From NCBI GenBank assembly GCA_000182565.2, contig KQ257456.1: a stretch of 64,000 bases of DNA, one strand, 5' to 3'. Shown piece by piece: positions 32,253 to 46,819 of this stretch (its first letter is position 1; every line of letters starts with the position of its first letter). Below the pieces are notes generated by a model. The model saw only the letters and a program-made list of their open reading frames with translations, was not told the origin of the DNA and searched no databases. The position numbers and the translations under genes were made by a program. The DNA comes from Spizellomyces punctatus DAOM BR117. Taxonomy: Eukaryota.

Positions 32253-34808
32253 ATGTTTCCATGTACAAAGTTTCGTGCCTTTACTTGTCCATACCTGCCA
32301 GACTGTCCCCGTGGTGAAACATGCATATTTTCACACCAGCCGCCAAAGCCAAGTCCACCACCGATCAAAGTGCCAAGTATGTTAGCGTTTTCGTGCAAGG
32401 ATCCCTTCTTGATTTGATTTCATATGCCAGAATACTTTCTGAACCTTTTTATGCAGAACGGATATCCATCTCCGAATCTGACGTTTCGCAGACACGTCGG
32501 TCATCCCATTCAACAAACTCAACAAAGCCTGCCAATGACGCGGCAAAAACGCACTTGCCATCACATACAAACACCATCCCCAGACCTGCACCTGACACAA
32601 CAGAAGCCCGTCGACCATCGAGTATAACAAAAGATGACACCAAAGCTCCCGTCCCCCAACCCACTTCTCGGAAACGTCCCACCCCGCCGACGGCCTTGCA
32701 CCCTGTCGAAAAGCGGCTAGCAAACGAAAAGACGTCTCCCCTCATGGCAGCTTTGGCTTCCAGGGGGTATGCATACAAAAGTGGCACCACTGTACCCGTA
32801 AAGCAGGACCCGCCGTCCGCACTGGTGAGTGCTCCAAAAAATGGATTCCCAACACTCCTCCTAACCATTAGCCCATTGTCGCATAGGCATCCTCGAATAG
32901 AGCACGCCCCCACCCTCAGGCATCAGTTACTGTATGTTATGTCTCTCAATGTCCGCCATCTGCGAAAGGATGGCGAACTGATGTCAATATAAACAAACTA
33001 AACCCATTATGACAGCACATAGTACCGGGGCAAGCACCGATATTAGGCCCCGATTTACATTCAAGGATACCAAGAACGTCAAGGCAAAAGGCATTGACCA
33101 AATACTATGCGGAATTCTGTCGAATATATGCACCACTTCTTGCAGAACAGCCTACCTTGGCTCAAGAGCATGCTTTCAAGTATGAGAGCTCATCAATAGC
33201 GGCTTTCGTCCTCCCATTTATCTAAAAATGTTTATTGCTGTCTGTTTTAGGCAGGAGGCGGCTGTTATGGCCAAAGCAAGTCCTTTAAATTATATGACCC
33301 TTGCAATTTCTTCCTCCCATTGCCTCTAGCTCAACCTGTGGCTGTATCGCTGGATGACATAGGCATAGACGGCGAATGGACGCCACCATCTGTGACGGTG
33401 GGCGAGCCACCGGGTAACTCATCCAGAATCTGATTGATTACGATACAATTTCTTACTTTTTTCTCCTTGATACATACAGAGATACCAATGGCCGAGTTAG
33501 AAAAGCTGCTGACGTCAACGGAACAACTGCGCTTAATGGGTTACCCCTTTCCTCCAGATGAAGCTGAGCCACAGATCACATATGAGGACAATCAAGAGCA
33601 GCAGCAAACATGTGATCGATGCGGATCTCAGTTTATCCCAACGTGGCCCTTGGATGAAGGCCAACAGGTTGCGTGTCGGTACCATTGGGCGAACTTACGG
33701 AGTGTCGTGCAGGGTGGTAAGTAGTTCTTACGTGGCAAGAGACACGCATTGGATTCTTAATTCACGACCGCAGGTGCTAAGGAGCGGTTATATGTATGTT
33801 GCCAAGAAAAAATGGGGGCTCCAGGTGCGCTTTACGGGTTGCTTCGGTATGAGTTCTAGTACCCAAGCTTGGGCCTAACATCATGTTGTCCAGGATGCGT
33901 GCGGGGTGCCCATGTTTTCAAAGATGAGGATACTGTCAAGCTCGATAGATGGGTACGTACGCTCAATGATTTTTTTTTGTCGGTCTACTATTTTGTGGAC
34001 TGAATTTTTTTTTTTTTTATCATAGATGCCCTTTGTAAGACTTCCTGAAGCATCACGTGTGCCAAAAGCGGAAAAAGTCGTCGCCCTTGACTGCGAAATG
34101 GTATACAATCCTACGTAAGATCCATGGAATGCTACTCCCACTAATTTGAGCGTGGCGCTAGTCATATACAACCTCTGGGATGGAGCTCACCCGATTAACA
34201 GCCGTCAACTGGCACGGCAAGCCAATACTGGACGAACTAGTCAGGACAACATTTCCGGTCCTCGACCTAAATTCTAGGTGGTCTGGCATCTCCAGTTTAG
34301 AAGATGCAAAGTACGATTTGAATGGGATTACAGATCTTCTGGGACAGATTATGGGAAGAGATACGATCCTTATTGGACATGGCTTAGAGAATGATCTTAA
34401 AGCTATGAGGGTGAGCCGTATTTCATGCAAGTCGTAAGTGGGTTTTAATAAACTCATGCTTTGCGTCCATCAGATTTATCACACAAAGGTACCATCGTTA
34501 ACCTTTCATTCTCGCCGCACGCGGCTGATCAACTATGATGCAGATCATCGACACAGCAGCCATTTTCCCGCATCCCCAAGGTCTTCCACGACGGTACCCA
34601 CTTCGATTCCTGTGCCAAAAGCTACTCGGGCGATTTATTCAACAGTCAACGACCGGACATGACTCTTTGGAGGATGCCAGAACGTCCTTGGAATTAGTTA
34701 AATTGAAACTAGAGAAGGGTACGCGTCACTCTTTTTTCAGCTGTTTTGCGGTTCAATGCCTGATATTCAAGTTCGACTTTAAGGGGACAATTTATATTTA
34801 TAGGTTAA
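32253..34808 (+). CDS. Rex1/Rex3-like (REXO1) DEDDh 3'-5' RNA exonuclease; multi-exon, with one apparent frameshift near 33310
   Basis: N-terminal CPYLPDCPRGETCIFSH, CDRC...CRYHW, ExoI VVALDCEM, MELTRLT, ILIGHGLENDLKAMR, IIDTA and GHDSLEDA. Confidence 0.9.
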
Positions 34809-37163
34809 AATGAAAGCGCATCTAATGTTTTGCAGAACTGGTTCTGAAGGCAATGATATACAGCAGGTGCTGTGCCACCTACGCGATGTCCGAAGGATGC
34901 TGGACGAGAATGCAGCCTTTTTATACATTATCTATCCTTTCACATGGGCAAAATCTACATTAGCAGTGCGACGGACGCACACCTATAGTCCTCACCACCC
35001 GTTCGAGCACCTAATCCCACACAATCTTCTCACATGTGTCTCCGTCCGACATAATAAGATTAGACACCGCGCACTAAGACGGGTCGCTTTCCATTCATCG
35101 ACCTCATCCTCCCCTGGCCCATTTCTCACTCTTCTTCACTAGCACCTCAACTGCATTCCAGGAAACGGGTCTCGCGAAAATTGCGTAGAAAACATCAGTA
35201 GTCCGGCCAAACCACAGCAAAACCTCCTTGAATCTTTTTGTCACGTAGAAACCGAGGATGCGATATACCCACAACCGGCGAAATTCCCATAGTTCCATCC
35301 ATTGTAATGGATGAATCGAAGCTTCGAATACATTTCATGTACATCCAGGAGAGTACCCCAAATACACTCGAGTACTGCAAGAAAAGACTTATCATTATGG
35401 ATCTGAACGACCTCTCTTTTCCGATCCGGTCAGAGTTATCTTTTTGTTGTTGCCGTATACCATTTGGTTTGCATATGAAGCACCCTGTGTAAAGATTTGA
35501 ATTCATCTAGAAAATTTATAAATGTATCTATAATGGACTGTAGATGGATCAATGAGATTATTGAATGATACGACCTGTGAACGACCTCTGTCCGATCTGG
35601 TCAGAGATGGGTTTCGTTTTGCAGTAGCATCATTTTTTGAGGCTTGTACATGTCTAGAATGAACGTAGACATGCAAACAATGAGGGGCTCCTTTGCGTGA
35701 TGCATAGAATAATACAAAATGTGATAATGTCCAAAAACGAAAATTGTTCCTGGAGAAACAAAGTTTTTATCGGCAACGTGTAGATTTTTCGGTCAAGGTT
35801 GTGTAAAGTTAACATGTGTTGCTAATTCGAATAGAACAAGAAATCGTATTCGAAAGAATGCGGGTTGAGAGATGCAAGGTACACCATTTCAGACAGTGTG
35901 TGGTTGGGGTCTTGGAATGTTGCTGTTTTAGGACTGCATCATGGGCACAACAAGAGCTGACAATCAAGTCGCATCATCAAAATCAAATGTCCCATAGGTA
36001 GACCAAAAAATGCCGATTTCCAATAGCTAGCTTCTTTTAGTTTGCTCATTGACTGCCAAAGCCGGTTAGCGAGCTGGAGATTCCCAGTGGATTTCCCCGC
36101 CGACCCCCCATCCCCCTCCAAAATATGGAACAACTTTTTAGATTCTTTCTTTTTCCCAAATCACACATCCTCATGACGAATGTTCAAGGACAACCCTTGT
36201 TTGGAAACAACAAGTCCAAGAGTTTTGGGAGGAAACTTGTAGAATCTCGCAAACCGTTTTTGAAACTGATATGTGAGTATTTCACTTTATGAGGTAAATA
36301 ACAAAAATATTGGAAGCCTTGTCATTTACTCCTCTTGGGCACCATTAGACAAGAGGTACCTAGTGTTTTGGTGTAAATCGCTTTTGAGGGTCTCATAGTG
36401 AGTGACCATGGGTCTGTGTAAATAAAAAAGTATGTAGTTTAGGTATTTTTGGGTCACAACGACGTCTGGATGAATACAAGTAGGTTTTTCTGAAAATCCC
36501 CCATCCACGGACCTCGTGGTAATGCGTATACGTGGATCTAATTCTCAAAGGTGCTTTTTGATAATCGTCAAAAAGCTTTTTTCTTTCGGGGCGTCTATTC
36601 AAACAACGATAACCACCGCCCCGCCATTTTGCCGATATGTACAAACGTGCAAGCGAACAAGTCAAGATAATAGGAAATGGAAAATCTGGAAAACCAGCAC
36701 AGCAAGCTGAGGTTCGCTATCTGGCAAATTCCCTGTTTGGACCTAGCATTCGCCGCTTCCGAGACTAGAGTTTTTAAAATGTTTGTACTGGTGTTGAGTG
36801 ATGTCTTTTATTCATTCCACAACGCATAACCACCCTAATGGCAATGAAACATAGATGAGAATAACAGTAGAGCTTATATATTATATTTTTGGTTTACGTT
36901 ACATATAAACAAAAGGCAATATTATAAAAAGGGTTATTTGCAACAAGTTTCCAAAATGCTTAATAAAGGTCCGTTAACGTCACCTTACGCACACACATGG
37001 ACGCAGTATGCATCCTTTTACAAAGCACCACCTCAATTTGGCCTTAAAAAAATCCCTTAATAAAACCCGAGCTGCACACAAAACAGTCAGTGCATGTGCG
37101 TGACAAGCTTGCCAAAACCACCAGTTCCAATATCTATACTCCACAATTATTTCCACACACTCA

Positions 37164-38397
37164 CTAATCATCCAACCCATAAAACGACGAAAGTCTCCGC
37201 CTACACTCCACTTTATGCACACCCCAATGCCCAACCTGACATTCCCGTGAACAATACTTGACACCTTTACACCCCCCACATTTTTGGAACCGTCTCACAA
37301 ATTCAGCACTCCCACACCCAGCACAACAAGGTGTAAACACATCAGTAGGTAAAGCCAATAACCCTAAATCCGTCCAAGGCGTCACAGCCGAAACAGGTAC
37401 AAACCCATCAAGACGACGTAAATGTTTAGGAGACATCATGGAGAGGTTATATAATGCCGCGAGACGGATATCGGAACAAGGAGGTGGAGAGGCATTCAAG
37501 ATGGATTCCAAAAGTTCACGACCGTTCCGTGGTTCCACGCGGGAATTCAGGACTGCGAAATTCAATTTAAGTGTATAGTAATGTCGGTGGTCGTGCGTTG
37601 TGTCCAATCGGATGGCGATTTGAGATAAGAGGGTACAGTATGTTCGGAGGGCGGTTGAAATGTATTGGGTGTGTGTGGTTGATAGGGCTTCCCATGTTAA
37701 TGCGTGGGTTTCGAGGGCGGGGAGGTAAAAGGGGGAGGAGGGGTTGAGGGCTGACAGGCCGTGTTTGTGGAATTGGAGGAGGTTGAGGTGTGGAGTCGTT
37801 GGTTTGGGTGGGTAGGAGCGAAAAAGGGATGCAAAGCGTTTACTAAAACCAAGAGCAGTGAGAGAGTGAAAAACATTCAACGAAACCAAGAAACAATCAA
37901 AAAACCTACTTGCCAAAAGCCCTAAAAATCAACTCCAAAACCTCCTTCTCCAACCCAGGAGTAACAACAACCTCCTCCCACACCACCTCAACAAAACACT
38001 CGTCCACAAAACACTCACCCAAAAAGGCACCCACCCACCTCGTATTCTCAAAACCCGATAAACAAGAGCCCAATCCATTCATCTTGACCTCCCAAAATGC
38101 CGCCAAGAGGAGTCGTACGACATGGCTATTCAGTTCCTTGCGGGCGGGGATGGGGAGGATCGTATCAATAATACCGGGGAATACAGCAGAAATGATTTCA
38201 GCGTTTTCAAAGCGGGCTGTGTAGAGTATCCCGGATTCGGGGACGTGGATGGCAATCTTGGGTGGGCCATTGAGGGCTTTGTTGAGGGTGTTGTGCGAGA
38301 GTGTGTCTAGGAGGGTGAGTTGGGTGTTTGTCCAGATGTGGAGTGCGAGATTTGTGGGGTTGAAAAAGGTGCGGTCAAAAGAGAGGGGGATGCCCAT
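37164..38397 (-). CDS. MYND-type zinc-finger protein; 2 exons
   Basis: C-terminal CAGCG...CGGCKGVKYCSRECQVGHWGVHKVEC; an intron at about 37910-37845 joins the two ORFs. Confidence 0.8.
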
Positions 38398-39213
38398 TGT
38401 CAACTGTTAACGTTGCGGGGGATCTAGGACAAGTAGGTTTTTGGACGTTGTGTCGTGTCGCGGTGAGCTGTGTTGATTACGAAGCGCGTTATCGTCGCGT
38501 ACAGCGTGTTGCCTAAGAACGCAACCTTTTTAACTGTCCTCCCGTTTTTGTTCGTATATACACGTACTGGGTCGGAATGGTTCGTATTCTTGTACGAATG
38601 TCCTCAAACTTTTTTGGCTGTTCTCATTTCAACAAAGTCAGCGTCACAAACCCTAAAAAAAATTAGAGTCTGTCTGCAAAAACCACTGATGACCGCCATA
38701 TCTAGTCAAGAATAACATATTCATATTGCCCAACACACCATTCCAGAATATAATACCAACGAACACCTCTGAACCAAATCTATGGAAACCCCTCTGCTTC
38801 GCACCCCCACTCTAAACACACCCAAGCCCATCCATTACATTAAACATATGCCCATGATAAGGGAACCCTACGGAAAAAAAAAAGAAAAAAAAAAAACGAT
38901 GGAGGCCAATGAGCATATCCCATGCAAGCTGCTATGGATCAAAAGGTGGACCGCGTCATCTACCACTAAGATCATAAAACACACATCTTCACCAAAAAAA
39001 AACGCCTTGAATAAAAAAATAAACGAATAACGGTCAACGTCTCCGTTCTTTTTTTTATACACACAATACCGAAAAACATAAATGCAAAAGAACAACATGT
39101 AAAAAAAAAACCTTGCTACATGACAAAACGTACAAACAACCCTTTTCTATATACTGCTTTTTCTATGCAACATAAAAAATGTTCTCTCTTCAAACTATGC
39201 ACATTTCTGTTTT

Positions 39214-40331
39214 TTACAACAAGGCGAAAAGGGATGCACCAAGGAGCATTGCAGCAATAGATGACAGCGTCGTAGAATGGATAGCAGAACTTTGGATAGG
39301 TGTGCTTGAGCCTGCCGTCGAGTTTGTCTTGTTCTTGTTGTTGTTGTTGTTTCCGTTTTTACCAGTGTTGCTCGTGCTGTTGCCATTCTTTTTACCGCCG
39401 TTCGGGCATTTACCAGTGTTGGGTGGAGTGGTGGTGCTGTTACCGCCTCTTCCGGGTGTGGTGGTGGTGTTGCCGCCGGTGTTGCCGCCAGCCGATTGGA
39501 GGGTGAGGACGTCAAGAACTTGCCAAGGTGCTCCGGGGGCTCCTCCAGCTACAGCGGCATTGACTAGAGAGAAGAGAAAGGCGAGTTAGCAATGTGATTG
39601 CGAAAAGGCGAAAGCGAGCTGCCTTTGGCCAGTGAGCGAGAGCGCTAGCAAGAACAAGATCTGGCTAGGTCACATGATTTGCACCAAGTCACATGATCTG
39701 CCTCTGGGTTTCATTTCCCTCTCCCTCATTCCCCTTTCTCTTTCTTGCTGCGCTTGAAAGTAGCTGCGCTCTAAAGCCATGAAAAATGATACTCACAACT
39801 AATGGGGCCGCTGGCAGTAGCGGGAGCCGTCCATTCAAACGTCACAGAGTTGCCCTTTGGCGTGGGATTTGCGTGTGTAATGGTACTCTCTGGGGCGTCA
39901 TTCTTGATGGCAGCAGCATCACAAATGGTGGCGGTCTGAGCACGGAATCCGGCGGGGACCTTGAATACACCGACATGCTCTTTTCCATTGTTGGGAGCGA
40001 GACCGGCGTCTTGCTGTGTGCCTGGAGTCGCGTACAAGAGCGTGCCTGCAATGGGTGTGGTGGTTCCGGCAATGGTAATGGTCAATGGCTGTCCAGGCGT
40101 CTATAAAAATGAAATCATGTAAGCAAAAAAACAAACAAAACACAAGAATACAAGAATATTTACATAAGACTTTGCTGAAGCACTAATCTTGTAACCAGCA
40201 GCAGGAGAGGGAGCCTGATGAGCAGCTGTAATGACAGCAGGGTTAATGGCACATTTGGGAGCACCGGTAGGAAGAGCGAGAGCCGATCCCGAGAGCAAGA
40301 GGGCAGCGAAAAGTGAGAATGCCGAGCGCAT
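39214..40331 (-). CDS. Secreted Reeler-domain protein with G/N/T-rich linker and hydrophobic C-terminus (likely GPI anchor); 3 exons
   Basis: Signal peptide MRSAFSLFAALLLSGSALA, LPTGAPKC, YTPGQPLTITI, GTLLYA, HVGVF, ITHANPTPK and FEWTAP; C-terminal IAAMLLGASLFALL. Confidence 0.85.
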
Positions 40332-41130
40332 CGTTAGACAGTGTGAAATGGGTAAGGAACGGGATAAAGAGCGAATAAAGAACGAGAAGGGGGGGAAATC
40401 CCTATAACATAATTTATATAACAAAAGCCCATTTAAATCCACCCTCTAATAGTCAATGAAACATGAATAATGAACCGCTACCCCCAATAGTTAATAAAAC
40501 ACAAGAGAGCGGCGAGAAAGACAAGGGAACTCGTTTCAAATGTATGAAACTCTTTATTCCATTTATAGTTATATTATAATTATTAGATAGATAGAGAGAG
40601 ATTTATAAACTTTGTATGGATGGAGACTAGAACTCTCTCTCTCTCTCTTACACTCGTGTGCATGGGACGCAACTACTCTCTTGCATACTCTCACACACTC
40701 GTTTCTCTCTCAAGTTTCAATTCTTTTGTTCCATTTAGAATATTATTATTATTATTATTCTTATTCTTACTCACACATTGCATTGCTCTCAAATACGCTT
40801 ATTCTCAAGTCTTGCACGTGGATTCTTTCTTTCCATACTTTTTTTTTTTTTTTTTTTTTTTTTCTAGAGCGGTCAGCGGCGTTTCCTTTTTTTTAATGGA
40901 CAAGGGATCCAATATCCAATAGGGATCCCCAAAGGGGAGGGGTCCTAGAGGCCCAGACTCAAAGTGTGTCTGGTCACTGCGCATTAGGGAGTGTTTCATC
41001 TTTTGTTACATTCCATGGCGGTTTATTACATTCCAATGAGGATAGTGGATGCATGACATAAGCAATTGAATATCATGTACTTGTTTTGACTCCGACTTTT
41101 TTGTCAGAGTATTTTTGCATTCTCAAAAGC

Positions 41131-44100
41131 ATGGCTGACGATGAGAACGTGTCGACGACGACAGGAACGGGAATGGTCACGAGCAGTGTCCCCGCATCAC
41201 AGTCCTTTCTCGACACGCTCGCCCAGTCCCGCGCTCAGTCCCCTCCCACACTCCTCGACAAGGACATTCGCGACCTCGCCATCAAAACGCTCGCTTCAGA
41301 CTTTTTAAATGTTTCGGATGCCAATGTCGCCCTTCGAGCGTACTTGGTTGAAACAACACTTCCTGCTTGTGTCTTGGCTATGGAGGCTCTCATTAAAAAT
41401 GTATTGAAAGGGAATCGACTAGAGAGCGATGGCACCCTTTTGCCTCTCGAGCCGGATGAAAAGGATGGCAAGCAAGACAATAAAGAGAAGCAAAAAGACA
41501 CGATTGATTCCATCAATTGGTTGGGTGAGTAGAGTTTTGTGTTGGCGTTGGAGTTTGGGTTGGGGTTGTTACGAGTCTGTTTCGGGTTACGGTTCGCATT
41601 GGGTTCCGTGTTCGGGTTGGGGTTGTAGGGTTGTTGAAGAGTTTGGTCCAGGCTGGAATAGAGTTTCTGTTTGGTCTGGTGTGTTCAGGGTCGGATCTCG
41701 GATTCGGTTTCGTGATGGGATTGGGATTGTTAGCGTTAGGGTTGGTGAACATGGACGCATGGCGATGCCGAGAGGGGGAGCGCACTGTTCACTGTCGTGG
41801 AGGCATGCGAGGTTGCCTTTCATCATGTAGAGGGACATTTGTTGGGACGGCCCATTATTGGTTTCCCATTTCGTTGCTTGTTCTCTCATGATGCGGCACT
41901 TGCTCCTCACTCATCTTGATCCAATGTCCTCTTTTTATTTTCATAGCACAACACTTGTACCGCAACAACCCCCGCTTTGCCAACTTCACATCCCCAACGC
42001 CCTCCCCCTACCTCACCTCCCTAACAACAACCACAACCCTCCTCAAATCCCGCCTCTTTGACATTGAAGCGACAGCACAAGCTAAAAAACGCGCCCAGGA
42101 AATCCAAAAACGACAAGAAATGGAACGAGAAGCGAGGATGGAAAAGGAAAAGCAAGCGGAGAGAATCAAGGTTTTTAAAGAGTTGTTTGGGACCGTGTTC
42201 AAGAGGTGGTGTCAGAGGCTTTGGAGGGTTTCTCCTGGGTTTGTTTATCATTTTGAAGTGGTATGTATATGCTTGCTCTTGTGTCTTTTACGTGCGTTTC
42301 TTTACGGGCTTGTTGTGTGAGATCCATATCGATGAAGACTATGAAGCGTCTATCGCGCACATTCTCATCATGATAATGATTGTTAAGGATCTTGGTATGG
42401 TTATGGCAGTCGCTGTCGTATTCGCATTTGGATGATGGCTGTTGCCCGTATATGGACTGACCGGGTGTCGTATGAGTGGGCAACACTAGTTCGTTGCTGC
42501 CCAATGGGCGAGTGAGAGTAATGGGTGAGGGTCCAAGAGTGTCCTCAGTTCTCACATCTTTTTTTACTCAACACAGCTCGAAGCATACAAGAAAATATTC
42601 GGCACAGACACACTTCAAAGCACACCCGACCTCCTGTCTAAACTTAATTCCCTCATCGCCTCTCTCCCCTCTTTGTCACCCACCCCAACATCCCGTCCCT
42701 CCTCCGCTACCTCTACCCTCAGCGCTCCCAAATACACACTAGAAGACTACACAACAACTCATCTTTCCCTAACCTCCACCTGGACCATCGCAGATTTACA
42801 ACTCTTTCTCTCGAAACTCTCGGCGCACATTGACAGCACCGGCGAAACACTGAAGACAGGTTTCACAACCTCCTTTTTCTCTCCCGTCATAGAAGCACCC
42901 ACAAGCGACGCATGGATAAAGACAATCTCGACCGCGATTGACACGTTCAACGATGAAGATGACACAGTCGACGTACAGGGCGTCGTTGAATTATGGAAGG
43001 GATTCCAAAATGAACTTGGGACTAAAAGCATTGCGGAAATTGAGGCAGAATATCGGGGGTTTTGTAAAATGGTGTCGAGTTTGTTGGGCGTCAAGACGTT
43101 TCAGGGATTGATGGCTCATTTTCGCCGAACGCTTCCGACGAATGGGGAGGGTGGTGAAGGTCGTACGTTTACGCCTCCTACGGATGTGACCACCACCACC
43201 GCCGCCGTCCCTGCCTCCATAACCGCCGGTGATACCGTTGTTGATATCACCCAAGCACTGACAACCATCTTTTATACGCTCACCGAAACCACCACCCTCA
43301 CCACCAAATCGCTTACAATCCTCCTAACCCCGCAAGAAACATTCCCGGAACTGTCATCCCTAACAGAACATATACCCACCTCCGATCTAACCCTCCAAGA
43401 ATTCATTGAATACCTCTCACCAGTCTTTTCCAACCTCTCTCCAGAGGAAACCGGACGACTCTTGACGCATTTACGCGAAACGGCGCTTTCGATCCGTTTA
43501 TCGGCGCTTTTTGAGCGGTTGAGTGGTGGGAAGGGTGTGATTGATCCTACCGTCTTGTCATCCCTGTTGGATCGCATAGAGGAGTCAAACCTGAGTGCAG
43601 GGCAAGAGCTTGGTGAGTTTATTTCGTTACATGAGTAAATAGTCGTACTTCTAAACATGCTGAACCGTTCATTGACAATTCGGATTGGATCGTATAGGAG
43701 ATTTACAGATACAAGCGTTTGGTGAGTATCAAGAACCTCTTTAAATTGACGACAATAATCCAGGTGCAATACTAAGATTCTTATTAAAATAGATGCTACG
43801 AAAGAATGGTTACAAGGTTCAACCCAAATGGACCAAAAAGAATTCATCCAGAAAGGCACACACATCTTTTCTGCCGACCCCTCTGAATCCATTACCGTCC
43901 TCTCAAAAATCTCCAAATCCCTCGACACCATATCCGCGCCAAAAACCAATGAAGAAGAAAAATACACTCAAACCCTCCAAACCCTCGAAACCCTAACAAA
44001 AGACCCAACCCAACCCCTCGAAACCCTCACAAAAACCTTTTTACAAACAATTCACAAAATCCTTCCACTAGAGATGGAGATTTCCTTACAACACGGCTCT

Positions 44101-45877
44101 CAAACCATTTATACCATCAACACGACAACACCCGAAAGTGAACCTTTATCAAATCCTTTCATCCTCCCAATCTCAACTCCCATTCTGAACGGTACATTCA
44201 CAATCAACAATCCACCACCCACCCCCTTTTTCTCCCAATCAACAGAAATCCTGTGTCGTATCATTCAATCCGTAGTGGATTTGAATGACGCTTTGGTGTT
44301 TGCACGGGATTTCAAGGTGGGGTGTGGTGGAGAGGTTTTTGTTTGTGTTCCTGGGAATGTGTTTCGGGTGCTTGATAATGTGCAAGAGAAGCGGGAAGGG
44401 GATCGGTGGGCTAGGCCCTTGGGAATGGAACTTGTCAGAATGGGACCAGAGGATCCTGAATGGTATGTTTCGCAATGTTTTTTTTTTGATTGTTGCTGTC
44501 GTTTTTTGCGTATGGTGCAATATGGGTTGGATATGTCTATTACCACTCTGCGGTGAAAAGATCTCAGAGAATGGGGAGAGTGGCAGTTTGTCGGGGGGTG
44601 CAAAAGAATGGTTTCGTTTAGGTATGGTACATGCAACTGTCGTTGGCATGGAAAGGAAGATACGAAGATGGGTATTTGGAATGGTCGTATGGGTATCGCT
44701 GGAAGATGACCGGAAAGAACGCTCGTCATATGCGATTATGGTTGATACACTGCAAACAAAAGTGCACACCCCGCTCCACCACCCAAAACCAACACTCGAT
44801 ACTTACAAAAACACTTACAAAAATCCCATAGGCCCGACCTCCAACCCCCGACAACAACCTACACCTCCCTCCCTCCCCTCCTCCTCAAAGCCCCCACAGA
44901 AACCTTTCTATTCCCCCAAACACCAACCCCCCTAAAAGATCTAAACACCCTCATCCCAACACCAAACAACCCGCACCTCCTCCTCCCAAAACTCCGACTC
45001 TACGGCGCGAAAACGGCGTTAGTGTCTCTCGATGCTCGTGTTGTGAGGGAATTAAAGTCGTATCGTCGACCGCCGGCGGTTGTTAAGAGGGTTGTTAGGG
45101 GTGTGCTGTATTTGTGTGGTGTGGCGCCTGCTAAAGGTATGAAAAACGAAATTTGGTATTTTCTTTGTTATGTTTTTGGGTATTGATGTTTTTGTTTATG
45201 TTACGGTTTTTTCTTCTTCATTTTTATGCGGTTCTTTGTTCGTTCACTACTACGCTTACCTACGATAAACACTCACAAAACCATCGTTTTCCCACAATGA
45301 AAAACTCTTGACATTGCCCTCGCACCACAACAACAAAAACGCGGTTTCACCCTCTCTTAAAAAACGGCATTATCCTTCCCTTACACTTCCCCCTCCTTTC
45401 ACATCAACAGTCAAAACCTGGCACACCCTCCTCACATACCTAACACCAGCCCTATTAACAACCCTCCAAACCCACATCCCAACAAACACACCCAAACCCC
45501 ACATTCGCCGCGCCAAAAGAGTGTTACGCCGTCTCCCAGAGGATGTGGAAGCTAGGGGGAGTTTACCTGCTCGTGTATTACGGGAATGGTGTTTGGGTGT
45601 TATTGAGGTTTGGGAGGGGGCGAGGAAGCGGATTGATCGTGGTGGTGGTGATGATGTTGTTGTGGGTGATGTGGAGCAAGTACCAAATAATGATTTAGAA
45701 GAGGAGGAAGATGGTGAGGATGTTGATGAAAGTGATGATGACGAGGTTGAAGAGGGTGAAGAGGGTGAAGATTTACAAGAAGATTTACAAGAAGGTGGTC
45801 AAGATCTTGATGAGGGGACTCTGGAATCTCGACCACTTGACTCTGACCAAGAACCGTTGGAAAACTTGACATTGTAA
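41131..45877 (+). CDS. EFCAB5-like large protein (cilia/flagella-associated family by resemblance); multi-exon
   Basis: LRAYLVETTLPACVLAMEAL...DSINWL/AQHLYRNNPRF at the N-terminus and VRELKSYRRPPAVVKRVVRGVLYL near the C-terminus, followed by an acidic tail. Confidence 0.65.
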
Positions 45878-46819
45878 AAAACATAGAGATAACTTTTAAT
45901 AAAACGTATTCGTTAAAAAGACCGCGGCGAAATAACATCAACACACTCTCTGTGTAGTTTAACGGTAATTTCACAACTGAAAGTACCACAGTGAAGCAAT
46001 AAACACTGACAAGCTCCGTACATGATACGGATACTGACAAAGACATTAAACCCAAAAACATCCCAAAAACATGGAGCCTGATATATATCTCTATACTCCA
46101 AACCATTCTCTGATATATACAACAACTGTCAATGAACCCAACAATATCCCTCAATATCCCAATTCCATTAAACCCAACACGTCATTCAAAAAAACAAACC
46201 CTCACCTCCAAACCGACATTCCCATAAAAATCCTTCCCAAAAAATACCTTACCAAACCCCCAACATCAAAAGGCATCTCATACCCTCCCACAAAACACAT
46301 ACCAGCACACCTAAACACTATGTCCAAATCCCCAACACCCTACTCCAACAACCAAAAAAAACAAATATACATCTATCATCGACACACTCTCATCAAAATG
46401 TCAGTACAAAATGATATCTCCTTATCTGCATACCACAGCTTCCGCCTTAGGACTCAAGTGAGAGTCAAAAACATGTCGCAAGCCCGAAAGAATTCATCGA
46501 GTAAGTACCAGGAGCGTACTGTAAAGTATAAGAAAGTATGTAGCCTCGTGTTTGTTGTTTAGCTACGAGTCTAGCCAAATGTACAGAAAAACCGTCGTAG
46601 AAACCCCCTTGCACGGATGATCAAATGCCAAAAAAAAGGCGGTGAGAGAGAAAGGTATTGCGAGATCATGTCATTCTTTCGTGAGTTTTTCTGTTCTTGT
46701 ACAGTATTAGTTTTGACGTTTTTCATGGGCGTTAACGGATTGTCTACTATACCAGCTCTTATTCTAGTTTCGCAGTTTTAGGATTTTCGATATTTTGTAG
46801 ATGGATTTCGGGTGGGACT

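Noticed and set aside
39669-39698. Tandem GTCACATGAT E-box/CLEAR-like motifs (similar ones at ~49438 and ~54099)
   Set aside because: Short motifs with no way to show function from sequence alone.
40838-40863. Poly-T run as a terminator
   Set aside because: A simple homopolymer in AT-rich eukaryotic intergenic DNA; no upstream Pol III gene recognised.
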